Source: an uncultured Bacilli bacterium (GTDB taxonomy: Bacteria > Bacillota_I > Bacilli_A > RF39 > UBA660). Taken from it: DNA of 64,000 bases. The position numbers were made by a program, and so were the translations under genes. Of this stretch, positions 41,380-50,703 are shown piece after piece. The stretch's first letter is position 1; each line of letters begins with the position of its first letter. The DNA lies in the NCBI GenBank assembly GCA_934096945.1, contig CAKOND010000004.1, positions 18,569-82,568 of the forward strand. Direction: 5' to 3'. Under the pieces are notes generated by a model. That model did not search any database. It saw only the letters and a list, made by a program, of their open reading frames with translations, and was not told where the DNA came from.

Positions 41380-42336
41380 ATGAAAAAAATTGTTATATTT
41401 GGTGGAGGAAGTGGTCTTTCTCAACTTTTAAAAGGTATTAAACTTTTTCCCGTAGAAATAACTGCGGTTGTTTCTGTTGCTGATAATGGGGGAAGTACTG
41501 GTTTACTTAGAAGAGAACTTAATATTCCCGCGGTTGGTGATATTACGAAAGTTATGCTTAGTATGGCTGATACAAATAGTGATGTTATTGATTTAATGAA
41601 TTATCGTTTTACTAAGTCTAAATCTTTAGGCATTCATTCTGTTAAAAATTTGCTTTTGATGGCTTTAATGGATTTAAAAGGTAATTTTGCTGGTGCAATG
41701 CCAGTTATGGAAAAGTTACTCGATGTTAAGGGTAATGTTTTACCTTTAACTGAAGATAATGTAAATTTAGTTGGTATTACTTCAAGTGGTAAAAAAGTTT
41801 ATGGGGAACATGAACTTACTAAATGCGCAAATAAAATTGTAGAAGTTAAATATGACAAAGAAATAAAAGTAAATCCTAATGTTACTCGCGCTGTTGAGGA
41901 AGCTGATTTGATTATTTTTTCATCTGGTAGTTTACTTACAAGTATTGTGCCACATTTAATTAATAAAAAGTTAGTGCATGCTATTAATAATGCTAGAGCT
42001 GATAAAGTATATATTTGTAATTTGTTTACTCAACCTGGTGAAACAGATGATTTTACTGTAAAAGATCATATTGATTATTTGGAAAAATATTTAGGTAAAG
42101 GTAGTATAGATGTTGTTATTGCTAATAATGAAGTCATCGATAGTGATTTAGCTAATAAATATGCATCGGAAGAACAAAAAGATCCTGTTATTTTGGACAT
42201 GCATGAACTTGATGAAAGTAATATTTATGTTATACAAGATAAATTATTTACTATTGAGGATGGTTGGTATAGACATGATGCGCTAAAAACAGGATATTTA
42301 TTATTCTCATACTTAATGGATGGTAAAAGAAAATGA
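41380..42336 (+). CDS. yvcK: Gluconeogenesis factor / UPF0052 protein YvcK
   Basis: N-terminus MKKIVIFGGGSGLSQLLKGIK…VVSVADNGGSTG is diagnostic of the YvcK/CofD-like family. yvcK-whiA synteny. Confidence 0.85.
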   Translation: MKKIVIFGGGSGLSQLLKGIKLFPVEITAVVSVADNGGSTGLLRRELNIPAVGDITKVMLSMADTNSDVIDLMNYRFTKSKSLGIHSVKNLLLMALMDLKGNFAGAMPVMEKLLDVKGNVLPLTEDNVNLVGITSSGKKVYGEHELTKCANKIVEVKYDKEIKVNPNVTRAVEEADLIIFSSGSLLTSIVPHLINKKLVHAINNARADKVYICNLFTQPGETDDFTVKDHIDYLEKYLGKGSIDVVIANNEVIDSDLANKYASEEQKDPVILDMHELDESNIYVIQDKLFTIEDGWYRHDALKTGYLLFSYLMDGKRK

Positions 42337-43259
42337 CATTTACGACGAGTTTAAAAGAAGAAATAACTAAAAATGATATTAATTCTCTGGAAGCTAGATA
42401 TGAACTTGTGGCATTTTTAAATAGTGTTGCTAAGTTTAATAAAGAAGAAATAAGTATTACTTTGGAAAATGCTAGTATAGCTAGAAGAATTTATAAAGAA
42501 ATAAAAGAAATATATGATGTTAATCCAAGTATTGTTATAAGAATGCAAAAAAGATTTAAAGTAAAACAAATATATATTCTTAATATAAAAGAAAAAATTG
42601 ATTTTATAAAGAAAGATATTAGTGTGGGAATAAAAATAGAAGTTGATGACTTGGTTAGTGATGAAGAGAAAATAGCGTTTTTGGAAGGAGCTTTTCTTGC
42701 TGTTGGTAATGTTTCTAATCCAAGTACTAGTGGTTATCATTTAGAGTTTATTTTTACTAAGGAAAGGCTTGCTAAACAAGTACTTAATTTACTTGAGTAC
42801 TTTAAATTAAAAGCTAAACTTATTAAAAGAGGATATAAAAATGTTGTTTATATTAAAGCAAGTGAAGATATAAGTGATTTAATAAAAAGATTTAAAGCTA
42901 CCAATTCGTTATTTTATTTTGAAGATATAAGGATATATAGAGATCATAAAAATATGGTTAATAGATTAAATAATTGTGAGATTGCTAATCAAGAAAAGAC
43001 TTTTAGAACGGGGCAAATGCAACTAGAAAATATTAATTATTTAAAGACGCATGATTTATTTAATTTACTTGAAGAAAATACAAGGATTGTTGCAGATGCA
43101 AGAGTAAAGTATCCTGAAGTTTCTATGCAAGAACTTGCAGATATTGTAACGCTAGAAAATGGTTATAAAATAGGTAAATCTGGTGTTAATCATCATTTTA
43201 TTAAGATAAATAGTTTGGTTAAAAGACATAAAGAAAGAAGTGAAGAAAATGATAGTTAG
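42333..43259 (+). CDS. whiA: Sporulation/cell-division regulator WhiA
   Basis: 308 aa with a degenerate LAGLIDADG-type N-domain (GAFLAVGNVSNP) and a C-terminal HTH. Follows yvcK. Confidence 0.85.
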   Translation: MTFTTSLKEEITKNDINSLEARYELVAFLNSVAKFNKEEISITLENASIARRIYKEIKEIYDVNPSIVIRMQKRFKVKQIYILNIKEKIDFIKKDISVGIKIEVDDLVSDEEKIAFLEGAFLAVGNVSNPSTSGYHLEFIFTKERLAKQVLNLLEYFKLKAKLIKRGYKNVVYIKASEDISDLIKRFKATNSLFYFEDIRIYRDHKNMVNRLNNCEIANQEKTFRTGQMQLENINYLKTHDLFNLLEENTRIVADARVKYPEVSMQELADIVTLENGYKIGKSGVNHHFIKINSLVKRHKERSEENDS

Positions 43260-43746
43260 ACTTGCTGCAGATATACAGCCTGATAGTATTTTAGATGGTT
43301 CTGGTATTAGAACTGTAATTTGGTTTCAAGGCTGTTTACATAAATGTGAAGGATGTCAAAATCCTGAAACTCATGATATGTTTGGTGGTTTTGAAATTGA
43401 TACTAAAGATATTTGTGAAAAATTAAAGAATTTAAAGTATCAAACAGGTATTACATTATCTGGTGGAGATCCTTTTTTTCAAGCTAAAGGAGCTTTGGAA
43501 ATAGCTAAGTTTGCTAAAAGTATTGGACTTAATGTTTGGGCTTATACAGGCTTTACCTATGAGGCACTTCTTGCTGGTGATAAAGATAGACTCGAACTTT
43601 TAAAAAATGTTGATGTTTTGGTAGATGGTAAATTTGTACTTGCTAAAAAGAGTTTAAATTGTAAGTTTAGAGGAAGTACTAACCAAAGGCTTATAGATGT
43701 AAAAAAAAGTATGGAAGAAGGGAGCGTAGTTTTGTATGGAGTTTGA
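43240..43746 (+). CDS. nrdG: Anaerobic ribonucleoside-triphosphate reductase activating protein (radical SAM)
   Basis: CLHKCEGC (CX3CX2C) motif, LSGGDP, VLVDGKFV and RGSTNQ blocks match NrdG (E. coli LSGGDP…LVDGKFV…RGSSNQ). No nrdD in the window. Confidence 0.75.
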   Translation: MKKMIVRLAADIQPDSILDGSGIRTVIWFQGCLHKCEGCQNPETHDMFGGFEIDTKDICEKLKNLKYQTGITLSGGDPFFQAKGALEIAKFAKSIGLNVWAYTGFTYEALLAGDKDRLELLKNVDVLVDGKFVLAKKSLNCKFRGSTNQRLIDVKKSMEEGSVVLYGV

Positions 43747-44209
43747 TGATAACGTAAATTATATTATTCTTTCAAATAATGCTGATAGAAAATTTATGTC
43801 TAAGTTTGGTGTGTATCAAATAATTGATATTTTACCTTTTGAAAAATTAAAAAACACTTTAGAAATGTTTCCAAGTAAAAGGGTGGTGTTAAGTGATAGT
43901 TTAAGTGGTTTAAGTAATAAAGAAAAAAAAGAAATACTTGAACTATTAAATAAACAAAATATTCATTATATAAATGTAACTAGTAATGTCGAAGATGCTT
44001 TATTTGGTGATTATGTAATTGTGTATGATGAAGATATGAAAGTTCTTGAAGGTAATATGGAAATGGTGTTAAAAAATGAAAAAATACTTAAGAAGCTTGG
44101 GTTTGGAGTACCTTTTGTAGTTGATTTATCTATTCAGCTTATGTATTATGATATTTTAGATAGAGTTTATTTTGATGTGGATAACTTGTTGGAGGCTTTA
44201 TGGAATTAA
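43736..44209 (+). CDS. Degenerate EcfA-like ABC ATPase remnant (no Walker A or B)
   Basis: Weak collinear similarity to the C-terminal half of ECF-transporter ATPases. LSGLSNKEKKEI matches the LSGGQKQR signature, and NVTSNVEDALFGDYVIVYDEDMKVLEG matches the H-loop through the EcfA C-terminal extension. Catalytic motifs are missing. Confidence 0.45.
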   Translation: MEFDDNVNYIILSNNADRKFMSKFGVYQIIDILPFEKLKNTLEMFPSKRVVLSDSLSGLSNKEKKEILELLNKQNIHYINVTSNVEDALFGDYVIVYDEDMKVLEGNMEMVLKNEKILKKLGFGVPFVVDLSIQLMYYDILDRVYFDVDNLLEALWN

Positions 44210-44754
44210 GTAGTTTGGAAGGAAATATTATTGGGGTAATTAGTAAAGATTATAAAGATGAAGATTATAGTGGTAAAGTAGTTAAGGATATTGTTTTAAA
44301 AAAAGCAAGTGATGCATTAAAAATGGTGGGACTTGGTGAAAATACACTTGAATGTAATTTTGATGATTTAAGTCATGGAAATCAAAATAGGGTAGTGCTT
44401 GCTAGTAAACTTCAAGATAAATGTATAATTTTAAATAATTTTAGTATAGGTTTAACAAATAAAGATATTGATTTTTTTAAGAAATTATTTAAAAGAATAT
44501 CTGGTTATGGAAGAAAAATAGTATTAGTGGATATAAATAGTAATTTATTTTTTAATCTTGTGGATAAAGTGTATGTTTTAAACAAAGAAATTGTGTATGA
44601 AACAAGTGATATGTTTGATAAAACTTTGAGTAAATATATTGACTTACCTAAGATAGTGGAATTTACTAACAAAAGCGAAAATAAAGGAATAAAAATAAAT
44701 CATTATAAAGAATTAGATGAGCTTTTAAAAGCTATTTATAGGATTAAGTCATGA
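44200..44754 (+). CDS. Degenerate EcfA-like ABC pseudo-ATPase (signature and Walker B decayed)
   Basis: Collinear with the ABC ATPase core: LSHGNQNRVVLASKL (signature), IILNNFSIGLTNKD (Walker B, lacking D-E), VLVDINSN (H-loop region), DLPKIVEF (EcfA C-terminus). No P-loop. Confidence 0.5.
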   Translation: MELSSLEGNIIGVISKDYKDEDYSGKVVKDIVLKKASDALKMVGLGENTLECNFDDLSHGNQNRVVLASKLQDKCIILNNFSIGLTNKDIDFFKKLFKRISGYGRKIVLVDINSNLFFNLVDKVYVLNKEIVYETSDMFDKTLSKYIDLPKIVEFTNKSENKGIKINHYKELDELLKAIYRIKS

Positions 44755-45485
44755 GATATTTAATTAAGTTTAGTTATGATGGGACGAAGTTTCATGGCTT
44801 TCAAAGACAGAATGATGTTAAAAGTGTTCAAAAAACTTTGGAAGATGCCTTAAGTAAAGTTTTTGGTGTGGAGATAGTCATAAAGGGAAGTGGAAGAACT
44901 GATGCAGGTGTTCATGCCCTTGATCAAGGGGCTCATTTTGACTATGATGGAAAAGTATCTATCAAGGAAATTGATAGATTAAATGAAATATTAAATAACG
45001 AAATAATAATAAAAAAATGTATGAAGGTAAGTAATGATTTTCATGCTAGACATAGTGTAAAGAAAAAAACTTATGTTTATAAAATAAATAATGGTAAGTA
45101 TAGAAAAGATTATGATGGGTATTACTATCAAGTTAGATATCCTTTAGATATTAGAAAAATGAGAAAAGCAAGTAAGTTATTTATAGGTGTTCATGATTTT
45201 CATAATTTTGTGAGTGGATTTAGGGTTGATTATACTACTTGTATTTATAAGATTAGTATAAAAAAACATGGAGATATTATTATCATGAAATTTATTGGTG
45301 CGGGTTTTTATCGTTACATGGTACGTCATTTGGTTGGAGCTTTACTAGATGTTGGCAGAGGAAAAACGGATATTAATGTGGTAGAAAATATGCTTTTAAA
45401 TGAAAATTTAAATAAAAAATTAAGCATTGTACCTGCGGAAGGTCTATATTTAGAAAAAATTAAATTTAATTTTAATGTAAAATAA
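44751..45485 (+). CDS. truA: tRNA pseudouridine(38-40) synthase TruA
   Basis: Catalytic-Asp context GSGRTDAGVHAL. Position before rplM-rpsI as in Bacillus (ecfA-ecfA'-ecfT-truA-rplM-rpsI). Confidence 0.9.
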   Translation: MRYLIKFSYDGTKFHGFQRQNDVKSVQKTLEDALSKVFGVEIVIKGSGRTDAGVHALDQGAHFDYDGKVSIKEIDRLNEILNNEIIIKKCMKVSNDFHARHSVKKKTYVYKINNGKYRKDYDGYYYQVRYPLDIRKMRKASKLFIGVHDFHNFVSGFRVDYTTCIYKISIKKHGDIIIMKFIGAGFYRYMVRHLVGALLDVGRGKTDINVVENMLLNENLNKKLSIVPAEGLYLEKIKFNFNVK

Positions 45486-45555
45486 TAAAAAAATGAATTT
45501 AAATAGTAAAATTTTAAAAAAAATTGTAAAATTATATGCAAAATGTGTAAAAAGG

Positions 45556-45585
45556 TTTGACTTTTTGCCATTTTTCTCATATAAT
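45556..45585 (+). promoter_or_regulatory. Sigma-A promoter TTGACT-18-TATAAT for rplM-rpsI
   Basis: -35 at 45556-45561 and -10 at 45580-45585, upstream of an 80-nt leader. Confidence 0.5.
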
Positions 45586-45664
45586 TTAAATCGGTACATT
45601 TTATTTATGTAATTTGTTTAGTCGTGGGAAAATTAAGCAAAAAACATAATGAAAGGATTAGTAT

Positions 45665-46096
45665 ATGAAAACATTTATGCAAAAAAAAGAAAATATCGAA
45701 AGAAATTGGTATGTTATTGATGCTGAAGGTGAAACTTTAGGTCGTTTAGCTACTAAAGCTGCTCACGTTTTACGTGGAAAACATAAAGTTACTTACACTC
45801 CATATGTTGATTGTGGTGACTATGTAATTATTGTTAATGCTGAAAAAGTTGTTTTAACTGGAAATAAGCTAGAAGATAAGAAATATTATAATCATAGTGG
45901 ATTCCCAGGAGGACTTAGAGAAAGAACTGCTAAAGAAATGATTAATAATTATCCAGAAGAAATGGTTGAAAGAGCTGTTAAAGGAATGCTTCCTCATAAT
46001 AGACTTGGTAGAGCTATGGGTAAGAAATTATTTGTTTATAGTGGACCAGATCATAAACATGAAGCTCAAAAGCCTAAGGCTTTGGAAGTTAAATAG
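45665..46096 (+). CDS. rplM: 50S ribosomal protein L13
   Basis: [18 protein letters not shown] is the canonical L13 N-terminus. Confidence 0.95.
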   Translation: MKTFMQKKENIERNWYVIDAEGETLGRLATKAAHVLRGKHKVTYTPYVDCGDYVIIVNAEKVVLTGNKLEDKKYYNHSGFPGGLRERTAKEMINNYPEEMVERAVKGMLPHNRLGRAMGKKLFVYSGPDHKHEAQKPKALEVK

Positions 46097-46104
46097 GAGG
46101 AATT

Positions 46105-46524
46105 ATGGCTAAGAAACAAGAATGGACAGCAACTGGTAGAAGAAAAAGAAGTGTAGCAAGAGTTAGACTTGTTGGTGGTACTGGTAATATTACTGTTAAT
46201 GGTGTTGATGTTAATGAATATATGCCATTTGCAACACTAGTTATGGATTTAAAACAACCATTAGTTGCAACAGGTAATGAAAACAGATTTGACATTGATG
46301 TTAATGTAACTGGTGGCGGATTTTCAGGACAAACTGGTGCAATTCGTCTAGGTATTACTAGAGCACTTTTAGCATTTGATGCTAATACTGATCAAACTAG
46401 AGAAGATAGTTATAGACATATTCTTAAGAATGCTGGATTTATTACAAGAGATCCAAGAGTTAAAGAACGTAAGAAATATGGTCTTAAGAAAGCAAGAAGA
46501 GCTCCACAATTTAGTAAACGTTAA
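46105..46524 (+). CDS. rpsI: 30S ribosomal protein S9
   Basis: C-terminal …[14 protein letters not shown] is the canonical S9 tail. Confidence 0.95.
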   Translation: MAKKQEWTATGRRKRSVARVRLVGGTGNITVNGVDVNEYMPFATLVMDLKQPLVATGNENRFDIDVNVTGGGFSGQTGAIRLGITRALLAFDANTDQTREDSYRHILKNAGFITRDPRVKERKKYGLKKARRAPQFSKR

Positions 46525-46543
46525 TAGATATTTTGATTTTAAT

Positions 46544-46575
46544 CCTCATGAGCCTTTGGTTTGTGAGGTTTTTTG
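46544..46575 (+). terminator. Rho-independent terminator after rpsI
   Basis: Hairpin CCTCATGA…TTGTGAGG, then a T6 tract. Confidence 0.55.
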
Positions 46576-46636
46576 ATGACATTTATTTAGAAATTTGGTA
46601 AAATATTTATGAAATGACTGAGATGGGTGGTTAGTT

Positions 46637-47503
46637 ATGAGAATTAGTAATGAATGGAAAGATTATGAATGTTTGGATGCTGGTAATGGTGAAAAGTTAG
46701 AACGTTGGGGTAATATTGTTCTTAGAAGACCAGAACCTCTTGCTATGTGGCCAATTGAAATGGATAATGCTTGGAAAAAAATTGATGGAGTTTATTATAG
46801 ATTTGTTGATGGTGGTGGACACTGGGAGTTTAATAAAAAATTGCCTGATTTTTGGACTGTAAATTATAAAGATTTAAAGTTTAAAGTTAGTCCAACTAAT
46901 TTTAAACATACGGGTTTATTTCCTGAACAAGCATGTAATTGGGATTTTATGATGGATAAAATTAAAAATGCTAGTAGACCTATTAAAGTTCTTAATTTAT
47001 TTGGCTATACTGGTGGTGCAACTGTTGCGTGTAGTAAAGCTGGCGCAGGACTTGTTGTTCATGTTGATGCTGCTAAGGGTATGGTTGAATGGGCAAAAGA
47101 AAATGCTCAATTGTCTGGAGTTAAAAACAATTATATAAGATTTTTGGTTGATGATTGTTTAAAATTTGTTGAAAGAGAAATAAGAAGAGGAAATAAGTAT
47201 GATGCTATTGTAATGGATCCACCTTCTTATGGGAGAGGCCCTAGTGGTGAAGTGTGGAAGCTTGAAAAAAATCTGGAAGAATTAGTAAGTAGATGTACTC
47301 TTCTTTTAAGTGATAAGCCATTATTTTTTCTTATTAATGCTTATACTACTGGTGTTTCTAGTACTGTTTTACATAATATATTAAAACTAACTGTTGGTAA
47401 AACTTATGGTGGTGTTGTTGATGCTGGAGAAATTGGTCTTCCGATAAGCAAAAATGATTTAGTACTTCCATGTGGTATTTATGGTAGATGGCAAGATGAA
47501 TAA
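46637..47503 (+). CDS. Class I SAM-dependent rRNA methyltransferase (RlmI/YwbD-like, no PUA domain)
   Basis: SAM-binding LFGYTGGATVA and the DPPSYGRG motif, typical of RlmI/RlmK-type m5C/m2G methyltransferases. Confidence 0.7.
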   Translation: MRISNEWKDYECLDAGNGEKLERWGNIVLRRPEPLAMWPIEMDNAWKKIDGVYYRFVDGGGHWEFNKKLPDFWTVNYKDLKFKVSPTNFKHTGLFPEQACNWDFMMDKIKNASRPIKVLNLFGYTGGATVACSKAGAGLVVHVDAAKGMVEWAKENAQLSGVKNNYIRFLVDDCLKFVEREIRRGNKYDAIVMDPPSYGRGPSGEVWKLEKNLEELVSRCTLLLSDKPLFFLINAYTTGVSSTVLHNILKLTVGKTYGGVVDAGEIGLPISKNDLVLPCGIYGRWQDE

Positions 47504-48167
47504 AGTTATTTATGAAGATAATCATTTATTAGTGGTAGAAAAACCTCAGAATGTACTGGTTCAAGCTGATAATACAAATGATTTGGACTTACTTACTAGT
47601 TTAAAAAAATATATTAAGGAAAAATATAATAAACCTGGTGAAGTTTATTTAGGTCTTGTGCATAGACTTGATAGACCTGTTGGTGGTGTAATGGTGTTTG
47701 CAAGAACTAGTAAGTCAGCATCAAGGTTAAGTAATATGATAAGACTTGATGAATTTGAAAAAACTTATTTAGCTATTGTGGAAGGAAAAGTTCCTGATGA
47801 AGGTGTATTTGAAGATTATTTGTTAAAATTAGAAAATGAAAATAAAACTATTGTGGATAAAAAAGGTAAATATTCTAAATTAAGTTATAAATTGTTAAGT
47901 TCTAAAAATGGGCTTAGTTTAGTTAAGATAAAACTTGATACTGGTAGATCTCACCAAATTAGAGTGCAATTTTCATCTCGTGGATTTGCTTTGTGGGGAG
48001 ATCAAAAATATAATTCTAAGGCAAAAGTTGGGGAGCAAATTGCTTTATGGGCATATGAAATTAAATTTAAACATCCTGTGCGTGAAGAGCTAATGGATTT
48101 TAAATGTAATCCACCGATGAATGAACCTTGGAACTTGTTTGGAGATGTTTTGAATGGAAAGATATAA
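47496..48167 (+). CDS. RluA-family pseudouridine synthase
   Basis: Catalytic motif HRLDRPVGGVMVFART. Start ATG 47496 (MNKVIYEDNHLLVVEKP) overlaps the upstream stop. Confidence 0.8.
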   Translation: MNKVIYEDNHLLVVEKPQNVLVQADNTNDLDLLTSLKKYIKEKYNKPGEVYLGLVHRLDRPVGGVMVFARTSKSASRLSNMIRLDEFEKTYLAIVEGKVPDEGVFEDYLLKLENENKTIVDKKGKYSKLSYKLLSSKNGLSLVKIKLDTGRSHQIRVQFSSRGFALWGDQKYNSKAKVGEQIALWAYEIKFKHPVREELMDFKCNPPMNEPWNLFGDVLNGKI

Positions 48168-48981
48168 GGAAATAGAAAGAAGCATTATAAAAAGATTTAG
48201 AAAAGAAATATGGGCTAAGTTTGTAAAAGCTGTTAAAGATTATAAACTTATTAATGAAGGCGATAAAGTTATGGTTTGTATTTCTGGAGGTAAAGATTCT
48301 TTTTTGCTTGCTAAGTGCGTGGAAGAATTAAAAAAACATGGGGGAGTAAATTTTGATGCTTGTTATGTTTGTATGAATCCAGGTTATAATGAAATAAATA
48401 AACAAATGATAATTAAAAATGCTGAAGTTTTAAATATTGATTTAGAAATGTTTGAAAGTGATATATTTGATGTTGCTAATTTTTTGAATGAAAAAAGTCC
48501 TTGTTATATGTGTGCTAGAATGAGAAGAGGATATCTTTATAATAAAGCAAAGGAACTTGGATGTAATAAAATCGCTTTAGGTCATCATTTTGATGATGTT
48601 ATTGAAACAACCCTTTTGTCTATGTTTTATGGTAGTGAGGTAAAAACTATGTTGCCGAAGCTTCATAGTGAAAACTTTGAAGGACTAGAGCTTATTAGAC
48701 CACTTTATTTGGTAAAAGAAGCAAATGTACTTGCTTGGTGTAAGTATAATGATTTGGCTTTTATTAATTGTGCATGTAAGTTTACGGATAAAGTAAGTAA
48801 AAGTGATGAACATATTAGTAAAAGAAAAGAAATGAAGGAACTTATTAAAAAACTTAGAGAAATAAATCCAGATATTGATTATAATATATTTAAATCTATG
48901 GATAATGTTAATTTAAATTGTGTGCTTGGCATACGAAAAGATGGAGTACATAAAAGCTTTATGGAAGATTATGATAAATAA
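48154..48981 (+). CDS. PP-loop ATPase of the TtcA/tRNA 2-thiocytidine family
   Basis: PP-loop CISGGKDS plus CxxC-type cysteines (CYMCARMRRG, CACKF). Confidence 0.7.
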   Translation: MERYKEIERSIIKRFRKEIWAKFVKAVKDYKLINEGDKVMVCISGGKDSFLLAKCVEELKKHGGVNFDACYVCMNPGYNEINKQMIIKNAEVLNIDLEMFESDIFDVANFLNEKSPCYMCARMRRGYLYNKAKELGCNKIALGHHFDDVIETTLLSMFYGSEVKTMLPKLHSENFEGLELIRPLYLVKEANVLAWCKYNDLAFINCACKFTDKVSKSDEHISKRKEMKELIKKLREINPDIDYNIFKSMDNVNLNCVLGIRKDGVHKSFMEDYDK

Positions 48982-49008
48982 TTCTTCTTTTTTATAATAT
49001 AATTTATT

Positions 49009-49659
49009 ATGAAAAATTATTATGTTAAAATCATGTCTGTTTTTTTAGGTTTATTTATACTTATGTATGATTATCCAGTTAGGGCTGATTTACCACTTCA
49101 GGGTAAAGTAATTGTTGTTGATAGTGGCCATGGCGGTCTTGATCCTGGTGCTCTTTATAATGATATTTATGAAAAAGATATAACTCTTGCAATTGGTAAA
49201 TATTTGGAAAAAGATTTGAGTAAAATGGGTGCTACAGTTATTATGACAAGAAGTGATAATAATGATTTAAGTAATGGAGCTAAAAATCATCGTAAAAAAG
49301 CAGATTTTGATGAAAGAATTAAAATTATAAATCAAAAATATGTTGATATGTATGTTTCTGTGCATTTAAATTATTTAACTGACTCAAGATATTATGGTGC
49401 TCAAGTTTTTTATAATAAAGATAATGAGAAATTAGCTGAAAGTGTGCAAGAATATTTAAATAAAAATACGAATAGTAATAGAGAAGTAAAAAAAATCCCT
49501 ACTTCAACATATATGTATGATAAGTTAAAAACTAAAGGTATTTTAGTGGAATGTGGTTTTTTATCAAATTCTATGGAAAGAAGTAAGCTTGTAACTAAAG
49601 AATATCAAATGGAATTTGCTCGAGTATTATCTGATGCTATAAGTCATTATTATAATTAA
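49009..49659 (+). CDS. cwlD: Germination-specific N-acetylmuramoyl-L-alanine amidase CwlD
   Basis: Amidase_3 zinc motifs (VDSGHGG…, SVHLN, …ECGF). 216-aa size and location near rpsI as in Bacillus (rpsI-ybaK-cwlD). Confidence 0.75.
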   Translation: MKNYYVKIMSVFLGLFILMYDYPVRADLPLQGKVIVVDSGHGGLDPGALYNDIYEKDITLAIGKYLEKDLSKMGATVIMTRSDNNDLSNGAKNHRKKADFDERIKIINQKYVDMYVSVHLNYLTDSRYYGAQVFYNKDNEKLAESVQEYLNKNTNSNREVKKIPTSTYMYDKLKTKGILVECGFLSNSMERSKLVTKEYQMEFARVLSDAISHYYN

Positions 49660-49767
49660 GTTAATATTTCACTTTTTCTTCACGAGTTTTTTACATTATA
49701 TCCATTAATTAGGTATATATTTATTTTGTCAGTTGTGATATAATGTTTAAAGTAAAGGCGGTATAGT

Positions 49768-50703
49768 GTGAAATCGAAAACATTTAAAACATTAGATGAA
49801 CAAATTGACATACTTACAAAAAAAGGTTTAGTGGTTGAAGATATTGAGGCTGCTAAAACTATTTTGTTGCGTGAAAACTACTTTTTCTTAAGTGGTTACC
49901 GTCATTTATTTATGAAGCCTGATGATAACAAAACTTATCTAGAAGGTACAACATTTAATGAATTATATTCGATGTTTCTTTTTGACAGACAAATAAGAAA
50001 TATACTTTTTAAAAATATTTTAGTTGTAGAAAATAATTTAAAAAGTATACTTGCTTATGTAATGAGTAAAAATCATGGGTTTAAAGAAAATAATTATTTG
50101 AATCCAAATAACTTTGTAAGGGATTCAAAAAGGAATAGACAAATTAATGATTTAATTAGAAAAATGAAAAGACAGATAAGTGTTAATAGTAAACAACATA
50201 GTGCAACTGCGCATTACCTTATTAATTATGGTTATATTCCTCTTTGGGTTGTTGTGAAGGTTTTATCATTTGGAATAGTTGGTGAACTTTATACAATACT
50301 TCAGTATCAAGATCAAAAGGAAATTGCTGATGTTTTTGGTGTTAGTATTGATAGTATGGTGGATTATTTACCAATTGTTGCTAATTATCGTAATTTATGT
50401 GCTCATGAAGATGTTTGTTATATAAATAGAACTCAAAAAGCTATTGATGATACAAAATATCATAAACTATTGTATATTCCTAAAATAAATGAGGAATATA
50501 TATATGGAAAGAATGATTTGTTTGCATTAATAATTATTTTAAAACAATTGCTTGATGAAGATAATTTTAATTTGTTTATTAGTGAGATAGGTTATGAACT
50601 TGATAGACTTTCAGGTAAATTAAAGGTAATTAAGATAGAAAAAGTATTACATGAAATGGGATTCCCAAATAATTTTAAAGAAATAGTGAGGTTAGAAAAA
50701 TGA
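49768..50703 (+). CDS. Abi_2 family abortive-infection protein (AbiD/AbiF-like)
   Basis: The N-terminus KTLDEQIDILTKKGLVVEDIEAAKTILLRENYFFLSGY matches the Abi_2 family start (…eQielLk.rGl…d…a…L..inYyrlsgY). GTG start after RBS AAAGGCGG. The stop overlaps the htrA start. Confidence 0.7.
   Translation: MKSKTFKTLDEQIDILTKKGLVVEDIEAAKTILLRENYFFLSGYRHLFMKPDDNKTYLEGTTFNELYSMFLFDRQIRNILFKNILVVENNLKSILAYVMSKNHGFKENNYLNPNNFVRDSKRNRQINDLIRKMKRQISVNSKQHSATAHYLINYGYIPLWVVVKVLSFGIVGELYTILQYQDQKEIADVFGVSIDSMVDYLPIVANYRNLCAHEDVCYINRTQKAIDDTKYHKLLYIPKINEEYIYGKNDLFALIIILKQLLDEDNFNLFISEIGYELDRLSGKLKVIKIEKVLHEMGFPNNFKEIVRLEK

Noticed and set aside
42417-42740. 107-aa minus-strand ORF inside whiA
   Set aside because: Antisense. 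Phe/Tyr/Asn-rich AT artefact.
45326-45580. 84-aa minus-strand ORF over the truA end and rplM promoter
   Set aside because: Overlaps a conserved gene and the promoter region. No RBS.
46089-46576. 68-aa minus-strand and 66-aa plus-strand ORFs overlapping rpsI
   Set aside because: Alternative frames of a ribosomal protein gene.
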